Virus record (IMG/VR): IMGVR_UViG_3300027732_000002
DNA length: 64,000 nucleotides
Direction: 5' to 3' (one strand)
Source of the DNA: an uncultured virus (IMG/VR IMGVR_UViG_3300027732_000002)
Taxonomy: Duplodnaviria > Heunggongvirae > Uroviricota > Caudoviricetes
Position 1 is the stretch's first letter. Each line of letters begins with the position of its first letter. This document shows, in pieces, positions 49,166-58,682 of this stretch. Made by a program: the position numbers and the translations under genes. The notes under the pieces were generated by a model that worked only from the letters and a program-made list of their open reading frames with translations, was not told where the DNA came from and did no database searches.

Positions 49166-49713
49166 GTTACAAATCGCCGATAACAACAGCAGCTGATTTT
49201 GGTGTCTTGAAAGTCGGAACGGGCCTATCAGTAACAGATGGTGTAGTAAGTGCTAGCACAGGGCTATTAAACTACGGGTTTTTTAGTAATGGCACGCAAA
49301 CCAATCCAGTAGCAAATGCTGTTAATATAGCTACTTATAGTAATTCTGGACCTACTAATGGTATAAGCATAACAGGAGGTAATGCACTAACTGTTGACAA
49401 TGCTGGTGTGTACACTTTAATGTTTACTGTTTTAGTGGGTAAAACTTCTGGTGGTACAGATACTGTTAGTTTTTGGTTGAGATATAATGGTGTTGATGTA
49501 CCACTGTCCGCACAGGACTTACAGCTCACTAATAACTTAGCACAGGTTTTTGCTTCTGGTAACTTTACGCTCTATATGGCTACCAGTAGCAATATTCAAT
49601 TATGTTGGAGCAGTGCAGATACTACTACTGCTTTAACTGCACTACCAGCAAGAGTCACACCTACTAGACCAACCGGTGCTAGTACAAAAATCACTTTAAC
49701 AAGGATAAGTTAA
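49162..49713 (+). CDS. C1q/BclA-C-like beta-sandwich protein
   Basis: [11 protein letters not shown] linker; [25 protein letters not shown] pattern. Confidence 0.55.
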   Translation: MSYKSPITTAADFGVLKVGTGLSVTDGVVSASTGLLNYGFFSNGTQTNPVANAVNIATYSNSGPTNGISITGGNALTVDNAGVYTLMFTVLVGKTSGGTDTVSFWLRYNGVDVPLSAQDLQLTNNLAQVFASGNFTLYMATSSNIQLCWSSADTTTALTALPARVTPTRPTGASTKITLTRIS

Positions 49714-49714
49714 T

Positions 49715-50113
49715 ATGTCATATACAAATCTCCCAACCGGAATTTTAGCCGGCACAGGTATTACAGTAACTCCCACATTAGGAACAGGCAGCAATACTAT
49801 TACTATTTCTGCTAGTGGTATAATTACATCAGCAATCCGTAATGCGATTGTTTCACCCGTAGTACTAAATGGTACAGATGAAGTTGTTTCAGTACAAGTA
49901 CCTGGCCCCGTTGCTGTTGCAGTAACACTACCTGTAGGCGTTACTGGTAGAACCTATGTTATTAAAGACGGCTTAGGTTTAGCGGCTCCCGCAACACCAA
50001 TTACTATTACACCAACTGCAGGTACCATTGATGGTGCAGTTGCAGCAGTAATTAATGTACCTTATGGTTCCTTAACAGTAGTGTACAATGGAACTCAGTG
50101 GTTAATTCTATAA
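49715..50113 (+). CDS. Paralog of the collagen protein C-terminal domain
   Basis: TLPVG..G..Y.IKD..G.A..ITI..INVPYGS.TVV.NG..W.I is shared with 48641..49165. Confidence 0.7.
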   Translation: MSYTNLPTGILAGTGITVTPTLGTGSNTITISASGIITSAIRNAIVSPVVLNGTDEVVSVQVPGPVAVAVTLPVGVTGRTYVIKDGLGLAAPATPITITPTAGTIDGAVAAVINVPYGSLTVVYNGTQWLIL

Positions 50114-50153
50114 TCGACTATCACCCCACAAGTTTTAGCGTATAATTTTGGTA

Positions 50154-50182
50154 TTGACTTATGTTGGTATATGTTATATAAT
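50154..50182 (+). promoter_or_regulatory. Sigma70-type promoter
   Basis: TTGACT-17 bp-TATAAT; the upstream 22 bp are identical to those of the 48569 promoter. Confidence 0.8.
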
Positions 50183-50264
50183 AGATTCATAAACTTTGGT
50201 ATACAAAGTTTTGTGGGTATAAAAAATTATACATACTTTCAACCACTTCAACTAAAGGGCTACA

Positions 50265-51416
50265 ATGTGGGCAATAGAACGCACGGTATCCGGTTGTACT
50301 AATAAATTTACTATTGTTACTGAAGGAAAAGTAAATGTTACCTTTCCTCCGGGCGTAAGAGTAAAAGCATTCGTTAACGAGGTACAAACTCCTGTAGACA
50401 TGTTAGATGTTAAGCCAGGGGACATAGTTTATTTTAAACTAAAAAATACGACTACAGAACCCCAAATGGTTAATGTAGAACATTTAGGTACTACCAGTAC
50501 CATAGAACTTGCTGCACACTCAGCAGCATCATCAACTTACGAGGAAGACACAATGTCACCAACAGATACACTTAATTTATTCGCCGGTACAGGCATGGGC
50601 AACAACCAAGGCGGAGCCATGGGAGCCGGTCTTGGAGCTGGTTTAGTTGGCGGTCTACTAGGAACCGCACTATTTGGCCGCAATGGTCTTAACGGTCTTG
50701 GGAACGATGCCGTCGTCGGAGCTCCTGCAACGCTTCAGGGTGTTGAATCGATTGTTAACAATTCTGCGATTATGCAGAGTCTAGGCGATATTAAAGCAGC
50801 CGTTCCACTAGCCGAAGGTCAACTTCAACTAGCACTAGCCGGTGCTCAGATGGACATTAATAATCGTACTACAGCAAGTACAGGTTCAGTTATCGGTGCT
50901 ATCTCATCATTTGAGAGCAACATCATGGCTAACCTAAATATGCAAACCCAGATGAATCAAAAAGGATTCTCTGATAATGCAGCTACTACTGTAGCACAAG
51001 GTACTGCTAATCTTCTAGCTACTAAAGACGCATCAGTACAAGCAGAACGTAATTCTTGGTTACTAAACCAAGCTATTACTAATGATGGCGATAAGACACG
51101 TGCACTAATCCAGTCAATCGACAAGACTAATGACAGCCGCCTAATTACTAGCCTAGCCAATGAAATTAGCGAACTACGTAACGAAGGCCGTCTACGCGGC
51201 GTTGAGGGTAACATCACCATTAGCAATACAAACACTGCTAATGCTGTTGCTCAACAGCAGCAGGCTCAGCAACAGCAACAGCAACTAGCTGTTCTTGGCG
51301 CTCAGCTAAATGCTCTATGGAGTCAAAACCAGCACATTCAGCAAGGTGTTCTAAACATCGGTAGCGGTACTGTGTCAGGTAATTCACAAACTGCAGCTAA
51401 CACACGAGTAAGCTGA
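50265..51416 (+). CDS. Hypothetical Gly-zipper/Gln-Asn-rich coiled-coil protein (alternative start at 50553)
   Basis: GAGLGAGLVGGLLG segment, DGDKTRALI and poly-Q; GAGGA SD before ATG 50553. Confidence 0.7.
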   Translation: MWAIERTVSGCTNKFTIVTEGKVNVTFPPGVRVKAFVNEVQTPVDMLDVKPGDIVYFKLKNTTTEPQMVNVEHLGTTSTIELAAHSAASSTYEEDTMSPTDTLNLFAGTGMGNNQGGAMGAGLGAGLVGGLLGTALFGRNGLNGLGNDAVVGAPATLQGVESIVNNSAIMQSLGDIKAAVPLAEGQLQLALAGAQMDINNRTTASTGSVIGAISSFESNIMANLNMQTQMNQKGFSDNAATTVAQGTANLLATKDASVQAERNSWLLNQAITNDGDKTRALIQSIDKTNDSRLITSLANEISELRNEGRLRGVEGNITISNTNTANAVAQQQQAQQQQQQLAVLGAQLNALWSQNQHIQQGVLNIGSGTVSGNSQTAANTRVS

Positions 51417-51425
51417 GATTGACAT

Positions 51426-51677
51426 ATGCTTGCTGACTTGCTTAACGTTATTACTCCTGACGCGTTATTTTTTGCTATAAAGAATAATCCTGCTGTAGTC
51501 CAAATGGCACTACAAAAGTTCGAGGCTTGTAGAAGTTTCGGCCAGGCACTATCTCAAGAGCAACAAGTAACGATAAGTAATAATCTACATCGTGTCAATG
51601 AATACTTTAAGTCAGACGATGGAAAAGATTTAATTAGTATTTTAGCAGATGACTTCGTAAAGTTCACAAAAACTTGA
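51426..51677 (+). CDS. Hypothetical protein
   Basis: 83-aa ORF ending before the terminator. Confidence 0.6.
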   Translation: MLADLLNVITPDALFFAIKNNPAVVQMALQKFEACRSFGQALSQEQQVTISNNLHRVNEYFKSDDGKDLISILADDFVKFTKT

Positions 51678-51681
51678 CAGT

Positions 51682-51719
51682 AAAAAAGCCCCCTAAACCA
51701 AAAGTTTAGGGGGCTTTTT
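51682..51719. terminator. Bidirectional terminator at the convergence of late and replication blocks
   Basis: AAAAAAGCCCCCTAAAC-caaaa-GTTTAGGGGGCTTTTT. Confidence 0.9.
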
Positions 51720-51728
51720 CTTTGTTTA

Positions 51729-51896
51729 CTATTTTACAACTTCTACTGCGTCAGCAGCAGGTTGTTGAGAGTTAAACTGGCTAAGTATTTCTTGAATTAA
51801 ATCATTACTTATTTTAAAAGGCAGTTCGCCTAGTGCAGACATGATTGTATTTAATTGTTGCACAGTTAGTTTTAGTGTAAAAATTTTGTTTTCCAT
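51729..51896 (-). CDS. Small hypothetical protein
   Basis: ATG immediately after the nrdJ stop; LKLTVQQLNTIMSALGELPF. Confidence 0.6.
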   Translation of the reverse strand: MENKIFTLKLTVQQLNTIMSALGELPFKISNDLIQEILSQFNSQQPAADAVEVVK

Positions 51897-51897
51897 A

Positions 51898-53859
51898 TTA
51901 TTTAATTGGGCAAGCGCCTGTAGCACATTCTTCACCTACAATCTCATCAAAGCCGGCTAGCGCTTCAATACTTACTGGTAGTAGTTGAGCAACATACTTA
52001 CGATAAGTGGGCTCATCAACAACTTCTTGGGGTAGGTATAGATAACCTAAGTCTTTCGCTGTTTTAGTTGGATCTGCGCGATAGATGAAAGACACACCTA
52101 CGTAACAATCCCAGTTTGCTAGTAACCAGTCTACAATGCTAGGAACCTCATGTGGTTCATAACTAATTGTTACAGAAGTATTTTGCTGAGTCCAACTAGT
52201 CTGGATCAATTTATACTTTTCTAGCTGGTCAATTGCTGTATCTAAGTTTACTTCTTTTCCGTCCTGAATATGGAAAGGAACGTCCTTCCATTCTACTGGA
52301 AAAGTAACCAGTACACCAGATTCGTCAGTAGGATGATTAAAAATATTATAGTTAGCATTTCTGAGAATTTCGACTACCGGATCGTGTTTTGAGAACTGAA
52401 CATTGTTGAAAATATACTTACCTAGTGGCTTGTGTACCCCTTCGGTAGTATCCATGATCTTACTAAGCGTACCCGAAGGCTTAACGCAAGTAACGTTCTT
52501 TGGCATTGGTAGGTCAAGCTCCTCAGCCATGCCGATGGCTGCTGACGTAGCAGTACGCTTTAAGTACTCGTAATCATAGCCAGTCATGTCAGGACGCTTA
52601 GCAATGCCAGTAAGTCCTACACCACAAAGACGCAGGAAGTAGTTGTTGATATGCCAAGCTTCTTGTAGAATACCGTCTTTTAGATTGACGCAGGTTTGGC
52701 GATAGTTAGCTCTAGCAGCAAGGCGGATTGCTTCATGAAGGCCTGCTGTATCTCCTTTGAACTTACCAATATCGGTTTCAGTAAGGTTGCAGAAACTTTT
52801 GTTTCCCAATAGAATTTCAACACAAGGATTACACCCATTGAACCAAGGAGCACGACGAAGTGCTTCTTGAGCGTTAATAAAACCGGGCTCAGAACCCCCG
52901 GCTGCTTCCATAGTAGCAAAAAGCTTAGTTAGTTCTACGTGACTTGGCTTTTTACGAAATACTAGACTATTATTTGACTGTTGGCGGTGTGCGTTATTAT
53001 ACAACCACCAGTCCTTTTTAGCTACTGCGAACTCTTCCCATTCCGGTTGGTCGTATTCAAACAGTGCAATTTCAGCGCTGCGGCGGCTGCTAAGAATAGT
53101 CCCCAGCCAATTAACGATATCGAGAATATCCATACGAGTAAGGAGACTATCGGCTCGACCATTAAGAATGTTAGCGATTGCAACATAAGCTGTTGAGATA
53201 GCTCCATCGCCTGAACTAATCCATCCATATCCTTTTAACCTTTCGCCCGCAGGCCTTAGCTGTGAAAAATCTAGAACAAGTGTATCGGCGGTATACTTAC
53301 CCGCCATTAGTTTACCAACTGATTTAGCCCATGCCTCGGCTGAATCTCCAACTTGAATTGTCCAAGTGCGTGTTAGTTGGTCATAAGTTTCTACGTTATG
53401 TTCTAGACCGCCCTTTTCAGTGCGGGTTGAGTGCACAACCTTAATATTACGAATAGGTTTTGAGAACCCATTTAGTGTGCCAACAATTGGCTTGAATCCA
53501 ACGCCACAACCTTGTAACAACAGCCATAAGCAATCTACAATGTCGTAAATAGTTTCTACATTTGTAAAACTACAGTTAAACTGGGATGCTTCGCGAGTCT
53601 TAGCAACCGTAGTACCACCTAGCCAGAGTGTTCGTCCAGACATTGATACTTTACGATCTAACATTAGCTGTTCTAGATCGTAGAGTTCTGCGTATTCAAA
53701 GTCGTCTAGTTCTCGATCAGCGGCCCGTTCCCATAGCCACTGTTGGTGGTCAATAACTCGTGCTACTGTTTCTGCCCAAGTTTCGAATACTGTACCAGCA
53801 TCATTGACTGGTCGATTGTATGTTCTGCGTGTAATTACGTGTGCTCTTGTACTTGTCAT
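51898..53859 (-). CDS. nrdJ: Class II (adenosylcobalamin-dependent) ribonucleotide reductase, monomeric RTPR type
   Basis: SQFNC, GCNPCVEI, TCVKPSGT and C-terminal CATGACPIK; no small subunit gene nearby. Confidence 0.9.
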   Translation of the reverse strand: MTSTRAHVITRRTYNRPVNDAGTVFETWAETVARVIDHQQWLWERAADRELDDFEYAELYDLEQLMLDRKVSMSGRTLWLGGTTVAKTREASQFNCSFTNVETIYDIVDCLWLLLQGCGVGFKPIVGTLNGFSKPIRNIKVVHSTRTEKGGLEHNVETYDQLTRTWTIQVGDSAEAWAKSVGKLMAGKYTADTLVLDFSQLRPAGERLKGYGWISSGDGAISTAYVAIANILNGRADSLLTRMDILDIVNWLGTILSSRRSAEIALFEYDQPEWEEFAVAKKDWWLYNNAHRQQSNNSLVFRKKPSHVELTKLFATMEAAGGSEPGFINAQEALRRAPWFNGCNPCVEILLGNKSFCNLTETDIGKFKGDTAGLHEAIRLAARANYRQTCVNLKDGILQEAWHINNYFLRLCGVGLTGIAKRPDMTGYDYEYLKRTATSAAIGMAEELDLPMPKNVTCVKPSGTLSKIMDTTEGVHKPLGKYIFNNVQFSKHDPVVEILRNANYNIFNHPTDESGVLVTFPVEWKDVPFHIQDGKEVNLDTAIDQLEKYKLIQTSWTQQNTSVTISYEPHEVPSIVDWLLANWDCYVGVSFIYRADPTKTAKDLGYLYLPQEVVDEPTYRKYVAQLLPVSIEALAGFDEIVGEECATGACPIK

Positions 53860-54302
53860 TAGGCTTTTCCTGTGCTACCAAAACCACCCGTTCCACGGGC
53901 CGTATTTAACCATTCTTCATCATCTTCATCTACTATTTGTACTTCTGGTAGTACAATAGGCACAATAACTAGCTGAGCAATACGCTCACCTCTATTAATA
54001 AAAATATCGCGATCGTTATCTACGTTACAGATTAGAGAAACTTTGATATTACCGCGGTAGTCGCTGTCGATTACACCAACAGAGTTAGTTAGCGTGATAC
54101 CGTGTTTTGCTAGTCCTGATCGAGAAAACACTAGGCCTACATGGTTTTTAGGAATCTGAACTGAGACTCCAGTATCAATAAGTGTCGGTGTAGCAGACCG
54201 GATTAGTTTGGATTCGGCAGCACGCAAATCTAAACCTGCATCGTTTGGGTTTGCTCTAGTTGGCATCAGATCTTTTTCTGTTAGTCTGATTTTAAGATTC
54301 AT
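53859..54302 (-). CDS. dut: dUTPase (trimeric)
   Basis: AGLDL, RSG, GVIDSDYRG, RIAQLV and RGTGGFGSTG motifs. Confidence 0.96.
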   Translation of the reverse strand: MNLKIRLTEKDLMPTRANPNDAGLDLRAAESKLIRSATPTLIDTGVSVQIPKNHVGLVFSRSGLAKHGITLTNSVGVIDSDYRGNIKVSLICNVDNDRDIFINRGERIAQLVIVPIVLPEVQIVDEDDEEWLNTARGTGGFGSTGKA

Positions 54303-55149
54303 TTAGGTACTCCTCTAAGGTGTTATTAATGGTGTCAATGTTTTCAACACCGATTGCTTCTTCACAAAACTCTAGCAAATCCATTAGTTGATAGTTTAGG
54401 ATCAAACGATCACCACCGAAGTCATTTAAGTTTTGTATGTACTTGTATTTACTGTTGATTGGCAGGCTAGCAATAATATCGTAAGTTGTTTCGTATTGCT
54501 GTATTAGTGCCATTGCTTTCTTTGGCCCTATGCCTGGAACACCGGGCACGTTATCACCCGCGTCACCCTGTAAACACTTGATTGAAATGTATTGTTCAGG
54601 TGTCCATTCATAATGCTCATGGTAGTTATCCCACGTGACTTCTTTTCGCGTTACGTAGGAAAAGCGCATAACGTCAGGTGCTACTAGCAGATCCCAGTCT
54701 CGGTCACTGGAGACTAGTACTACATTGTCTATATTAAAGTCTCTACGATGTTTGACAATGTAGGCTGCTACGTCGTCTGCCTCGACCTTGTCAAAACGAA
54801 AAACTGGATAGTTAGTGGTTTCTGCAAAGTTGTCAATTACTCTCATAAATTCCTCAAAGAATCGCTCAAAAGCGGCTTGTTCTTCTGGGGTTGACAGGGC
54901 TTGTTTATCTTTGCGGTTTTGCTTGTAGTCGTCATAAATACGTTTGCGATAACTACTCGATCCCTTATCACAAGCAATAATTACTTTGCCACAGTTGTAG
55001 GACTTACGCAGACTTTCTACTGTTTTAATGTAGGCTTCTAGAAAGTCTGTTTCACCACTGTGCTTCCAGCGAAAAGCAAGATTTAGTGAGTCTAGTATCA
55101 TTACTGTGCGTGGATCAGTGGACGCTAGTTTTTGGAATGTTTTGGCCAT
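54292..55149 (-). CDS. D15: 5'-3' flap endonuclease (T5 D15-like)
   Basis: DSLNLAFRW, VEADD, SSDRDW and GDAGDNVPGVPGIGPKKA motifs. Confidence 0.92.
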   Translation of the reverse strand: MAKTFQKLASTDPRTVMILDSLNLAFRWKHSGETDFLEAYIKTVESLRKSYNCGKVIIACDKGSSSYRKRIYDDYKQNRKDKQALSTPEEQAAFERFFEEFMRVIDNFAETTNYPVFRFDKVEADDVAAYIVKHRRDFNIDNVVLVSSDRDWDLLVAPDVMRFSYVTRKEVTWDNYHEHYEWTPEQYISIKCLQGDAGDNVPGVPGIGPKKAMALIQQYETTYDIIASLPINSKYKYIQNLNDFGGDRLILNYQLMDLLEFCEEAIGVENIDTINNTLEEYLNES

Positions 55150-55171
55150 GTTGTACTTAAGTTGACTTTCT

Positions 55172-55200
55172 ATTATATCACGATCGACTAGTAAAGTCAA
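55172..55200 (-). promoter_or_regulatory. Promoter for D15-dut-nrdJ
   Basis: Minus strand TTGACT-17 bp-TATAAT with upstream AAAATTT. Confidence 0.8.
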
Positions 55201-55652
55201 GCTATAAATTTTGGTTTCTCAAATTTAATGTAATCTTCCAAGGTGGAAACATAAAACTCATGTTCCTCAGTATTTACAAAAAAGTATCGGTAGTTTGTGG
55301 TTGGCATGTCTATGTACGCAACAAAGGTCTTGCTGCGATCATGCTTAAAAATTAGGATTGGTTTCTTACTAACCTGAATACCTTGACGTATAGCCTGAGA
55401 CCACCACGCAATAAGCTGAGGCGACTTCGAAGTAAGTACTTGGCTGGTCATATGGTCTTCTGCGTAGTGCTTAGCCTCTACGGCATAAAGGTTCTTTTCG
55501 TTTGGTACGTAAAGGTCTCCTTTTAAACCATGCTTTTCATCTAGTGCTCCAGAACCCGGTACTCGTTCCCACTTGAGACCCGTAAGTTTTCTTAACTGGT
55601 CTCTTATTACTGTTTCTGCTCTAGCACCTTTGGCTCTGGAGTCTACTACCAT
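55197..55652 (-). CDS. D14: T5 D14-like PD-(D/E)xK nuclease / putative resolvase
   Basis: DSRAKGARAE..WERVPGSGA..KGDLY..VEAKHY. Confidence 0.85.
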   Translation of the reverse strand: MVVDSRAKGARAETVIRDQLRKLTGLKWERVPGSGALDEKHGLKGDLYVPNEKNLYAVEAKHYAEDHMTSQVLTSKSPQLIAWWSQAIRQGIQVSKKPILIFKHDRSKTFVAYIDMPTTNYRYFFVNTEEHEFYVSTLEDYIKFEKPKFIA

Positions 55653-57454
55653 TATTCTATCCTAGATATGTTGGAAACCTTGCTAACCTGAATTTTCTCT
55701 AGTAACGGATGTTGAAATCCATGAGAAATAATAAAGGTGTTTAGATAGGTTTCATTGATTAAGCACTCTATTAACTTTTCTTTGCCATCTAGATCTAGGC
55801 TTTCAATGGTCTCGTCTAGTACTAACAGATTAATTGTGGAGTTGCTTAGGCTTTGTAGCAATCGCCTAATACCAAATAGTGTTGCACAGTTGATACGTGC
55901 TCGTTCGCCACCTGATAGTGCTAAAATGTCTATGTCTACGCCGTTGTCGGCTACAACCACATTTAGTTTGTCACCAGTAACAATCTTAAAGTAAACCTGA
56001 AAGCGACCAGAACTAAGTTCTGTTAGGTAGTGGTTGATTGAAGACTCTAGATCCTTGATTAAGCACTCAATCTTGTAAGCTACTAATCCAGTATTACTAA
56101 AAGTTTTTACTAGGACTGCTAGCGTGGAAGCTCTAGTATTTAGCACGGTAAGTTTAGCTTCTAGAACATCTAGAGACTCTCTTGCTTCTTTTATATTTTC
56201 CCTGATTACTTCGATTTTAGCATTGTGTGCAGCACACTTTAAGTTATGAGATTGTGCGTCTTCAATACTCTGTAGGGCATATCCAATCTCTAAGTCAATC
56301 GCTTCTTTTTCTGACTCTAGTGTTGCTTTGTCTAGCAGGATATCTGGTAGATCTGGATCGTACATTTCATAATACTTATCGTAGTAGTCATTGTTCATCC
56401 GTTGATTAGTATAAGCATTATACTCTGCTGTGGCTAGTGCAAGTTCTGCATCAATAGCCTCTAGCTGTTCAGCAGTAATGCTCCGTAAGGTTTCCTGATC
56501 TTTTACAATGCTAAGATTTTTACTGTTGTCAATTGCTTGAGAGCAAGTAGGGCAGTGAGTAGCTAACTTCTTTGTTTTCTTGATGAAGTTATCACATTGA
56601 GTAATTATAGAGCTCAACTCAGTTTGTGTTTTTGTTAGTGCCTCTACACTGCTAACAGGTTTTACAATGTTACGATTAACTTTTGCGCAATACTTCTGCA
56701 TGCTTGACTTAGCATTATTATTAGCAGTAATATCTTTGTTGATAGAAACAATGTTTTTCAGCTCTACAGCAATAACCTTAGACCTGTCTTCTAGTTCAGT
56801 AGGTTGAACGGGCACTATAGCCGTAACCATAGGCTCTAGCGAAGTATTTTTGTACTTCTTTATGACGTCGTTGGCGCTGCTGATTTTTGCGGTGGTGGTA
56901 GTGACTTCTGTGTCTACTAACTTTGACTCGGACTTAAAAACATCGCCGTACTCTGTGTAGCCGCTCAAGTCTAGTAAGTCAATTAAGAACTTCTTACGGT
57001 TGCTGTCTGTAGCAGTAAGAAACTCTAGGCTGTTACTGCTGCTTTGATAAACAATTTGTGCAAAAGCTTTGTGATCGTAACCAATTAGCTCTTCAATTGT
57101 TTTGTAAGTGCTTGTAGTAGTATGGCTACTAATGTCTTCGCCGTCGCGGATCAGTGTTACTGACGTAGTAGAACCGCGAATAGTCTTGATGGTATAGTTG
57201 TTTACACCATTAGTAAAGGTCAAGTCAATTGAGTACGACTTTTTACCAGTATTACGGTTGATAATGTCTGACCGCTTAATACCCTTGCTATTTTTATTGT
57301 ATAGAACTTCTTCTAGGATTAGTGCAATAGAAGACTTACCATGGCCATTTAATCCTACGATCTGAGTAATTGGATTACAACTAAAGTCTATGGTATTGTT
57401 ATCACCATAACTAAAGATGTTACTCCAGTTCATTGTTTGTAGAGTTATTTTCAT
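55652..57454 (-). CDS. D13: SbcC/Rad50-like recombination ATPase (T5 D13)
   Basis: GLNGHGKSS, CPTCSQ zinc hook, LSGGE, LVLDE, ISH. Confidence 0.92.
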   Translation of the reverse strand: MKITLQTMNWSNIFSYGDNNTIDFSCNPITQIVGLNGHGKSSIALILEEVLYNKNSKGIKRSDIINRNTGKKSYSIDLTFTNGVNNYTIKTIRGSTTSVTLIRDGEDISSHTTTSTYKTIEELIGYDHKAFAQIVYQSSSNSLEFLTATDSNRKKFLIDLLDLSGYTEYGDVFKSESKLVDTEVTTTTAKISSANDVIKKYKNTSLEPMVTAIVPVQPTELEDRSKVIAVELKNIVSINKDITANNNAKSSMQKYCAKVNRNIVKPVSSVEALTKTQTELSSIITQCDNFIKKTKKLATHCPTCSQAIDNSKNLSIVKDQETLRSITAEQLEAIDAELALATAEYNAYTNQRMNNDYYDKYYEMYDPDLPDILLDKATLESEKEAIDLEIGYALQSIEDAQSHNLKCAAHNAKIEVIRENIKEARESLDVLEAKLTVLNTRASTLAVLVKTFSNTGLVAYKIECLIKDLESSINHYLTELSSGRFQVYFKIVTGDKLNVVVADNGVDIDILALSGGERARINCATLFGIRRLLQSLSNSTINLLVLDETIESLDLDGKEKLIECLINETYLNTFIISHGFQHPLLEKIQVSKVSNISRIE

Positions 57455-57702
57455 TGTATCTTTAGGAACTTCTTTAGTGTGGGCAGTGTACCAATCTTAT
57501 GATTATTTAGAATAATCTGTGGTATCGACCTAGCATCCGGAAAGTCCTGCATTAGTTGCTTTTTTGTGGCGTTACCGTCAACACCTAGCGTTCTAACTTC
57601 GACTACATAGCCCAACTGTTCTAGTAGATCTTTTGCTTCTACGCATGCTTGGCAACCTGATTGGCTGTAAACAACGGCATTTTTATTAAAGTCGTACTGC
57701 AT
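57451..57702 (-). CDS. Glutaredoxin-like protein
   Basis: YSQSGCQAC..RSIPQI..IG. Confidence 0.85.
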   Translation of the reverse strand: MQYDFNKNAVVYSQSGCQACVEAKDLLEQLGYVVEVRTLGVDGNATKKQLMQDFPDARSIPQIILNNHKIGTLPTLKKFLKIQ

Positions 57703-58630
57703 GGTCTAGCTCCTCTAAAATTGTGTCAATCTGTGCTTCGGGTAGCTCTAACACATAACTTAGGTACTCTTGTACTTCTTGTCTAAGTGTCATGGCAGGA
57801 TCTAGAATAAGTTGGGTATCAGTACTACGCTTTACGATCTTTTTGTCTAGTAGTTCGGACGATACCATATCACCTAGCTGAGTCATATCGCCTTCTACTT
57901 CATAAATTGTATGGTGGTAGTCCGTGGGTGTCATTGGTTCACCCGCCTGGATAGTCTTACGAATTAGCTGCGGTAGTTGCAGCTCTACCCAATCGTGGTG
58001 ATGTGTGTTTGTATCCAAAAAGATAACACCGCTACTAACCAAGTTGCGATGGAAACTAGTAGTAACAGGCGAACCCGGATAAAGGATATTACGTTGGGAA
58101 TTTTCATAACTGTGTAAGTCTCCGGCTAGAACGGTTTTCCAGCGTGTGAATAGGTCTAGGTTGACTTCGGGCTTTACGTGAGGAGGAATTTCGCCCCTTA
58201 CGTGGGTACATAAAACATTTTCATCAAATGTGTAGATAGTATTTTCAAGTTCTTTTAGTCTATTATATGGAACGAAATCAACCCCTTTGAACGTATAAAA
58301 GTCGTCTATGATTCTGACTAAGGGATTGACTTTTGTCGTCACATTTTTCAAATTTGTCAACCACGTTGTGTTCTTCTTTGCAGCCTCGTGATTGCCAGCA
58401 TAAATGACGGTGTCAACAATAATTGTATCTAGAAACTGAAAGTACACTTCCAGTTCGTCCATTGTTGCTAGTCGGTCAAAAATGTCGCCTCCTACAACAA
58501 ATAGATCACATTGGGTCTGTAACACCTTTAGTTGACTAAAGAGCTCTGTGTATCGTGAACGCGCCCAGTCTGTAGGAACGTTCTTTTGGCCTAGCTTAAT
58601 GTGTAGGTCCGCGGTAAATAGAATTCTCAT
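57686..58630 (-). CDS. D12: SbcD/Mre11-like nuclease (T5 D12)
   Basis: ADLH, GGDIFD, GNHE, GDLH and YPGSP motifs. Confidence 0.92.
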   Translation of the reverse strand: MRILFTADLHIKLGQKNVPTDWARSRYTELFSQLKVLQTQCDLFVVGGDIFDRLATMDELEVYFQFLDTIIVDTVIYAGNHEAAKKNTTWLTNLKNVTTKVNPLVRIIDDFYTFKGVDFVPYNRLKELENTIYTFDENVLCTHVRGEIPPHVKPEVNLDLFTRWKTVLAGDLHSYENSQRNILYPGSPVTTSFHRNLVSSGVIFLDTNTHHHDWVELQLPQLIRKTIQAGEPMTPTDYHHTIYEVEGDMTQLGDMVSSELLDKKIVKRSTDTQLILDPAMTLRQEVQEYLSYVLELPEAQIDTILEELDHAVRL

Positions 58631-58643
58631 TGTTTATCCGATG

Positions 58644-58678
58644 AAAATGCCCCTATGATTGGTTAACCATAGGGGCAT
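58644..58678 (-). terminator. Intrinsic terminator after D11
   Basis: ATGCCCCTATG...CATAGGGGCAT hairpin with a minus-strand T tract. Confidence 0.7.
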
Positions 58679-58682
58679 CATA

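Noticed and set aside
50113..50265. tRNA or structured ncRNA in intergenic gaps
   Set aside because: The gaps are short and explained by promoters and terminators; no cloverleaf was found.
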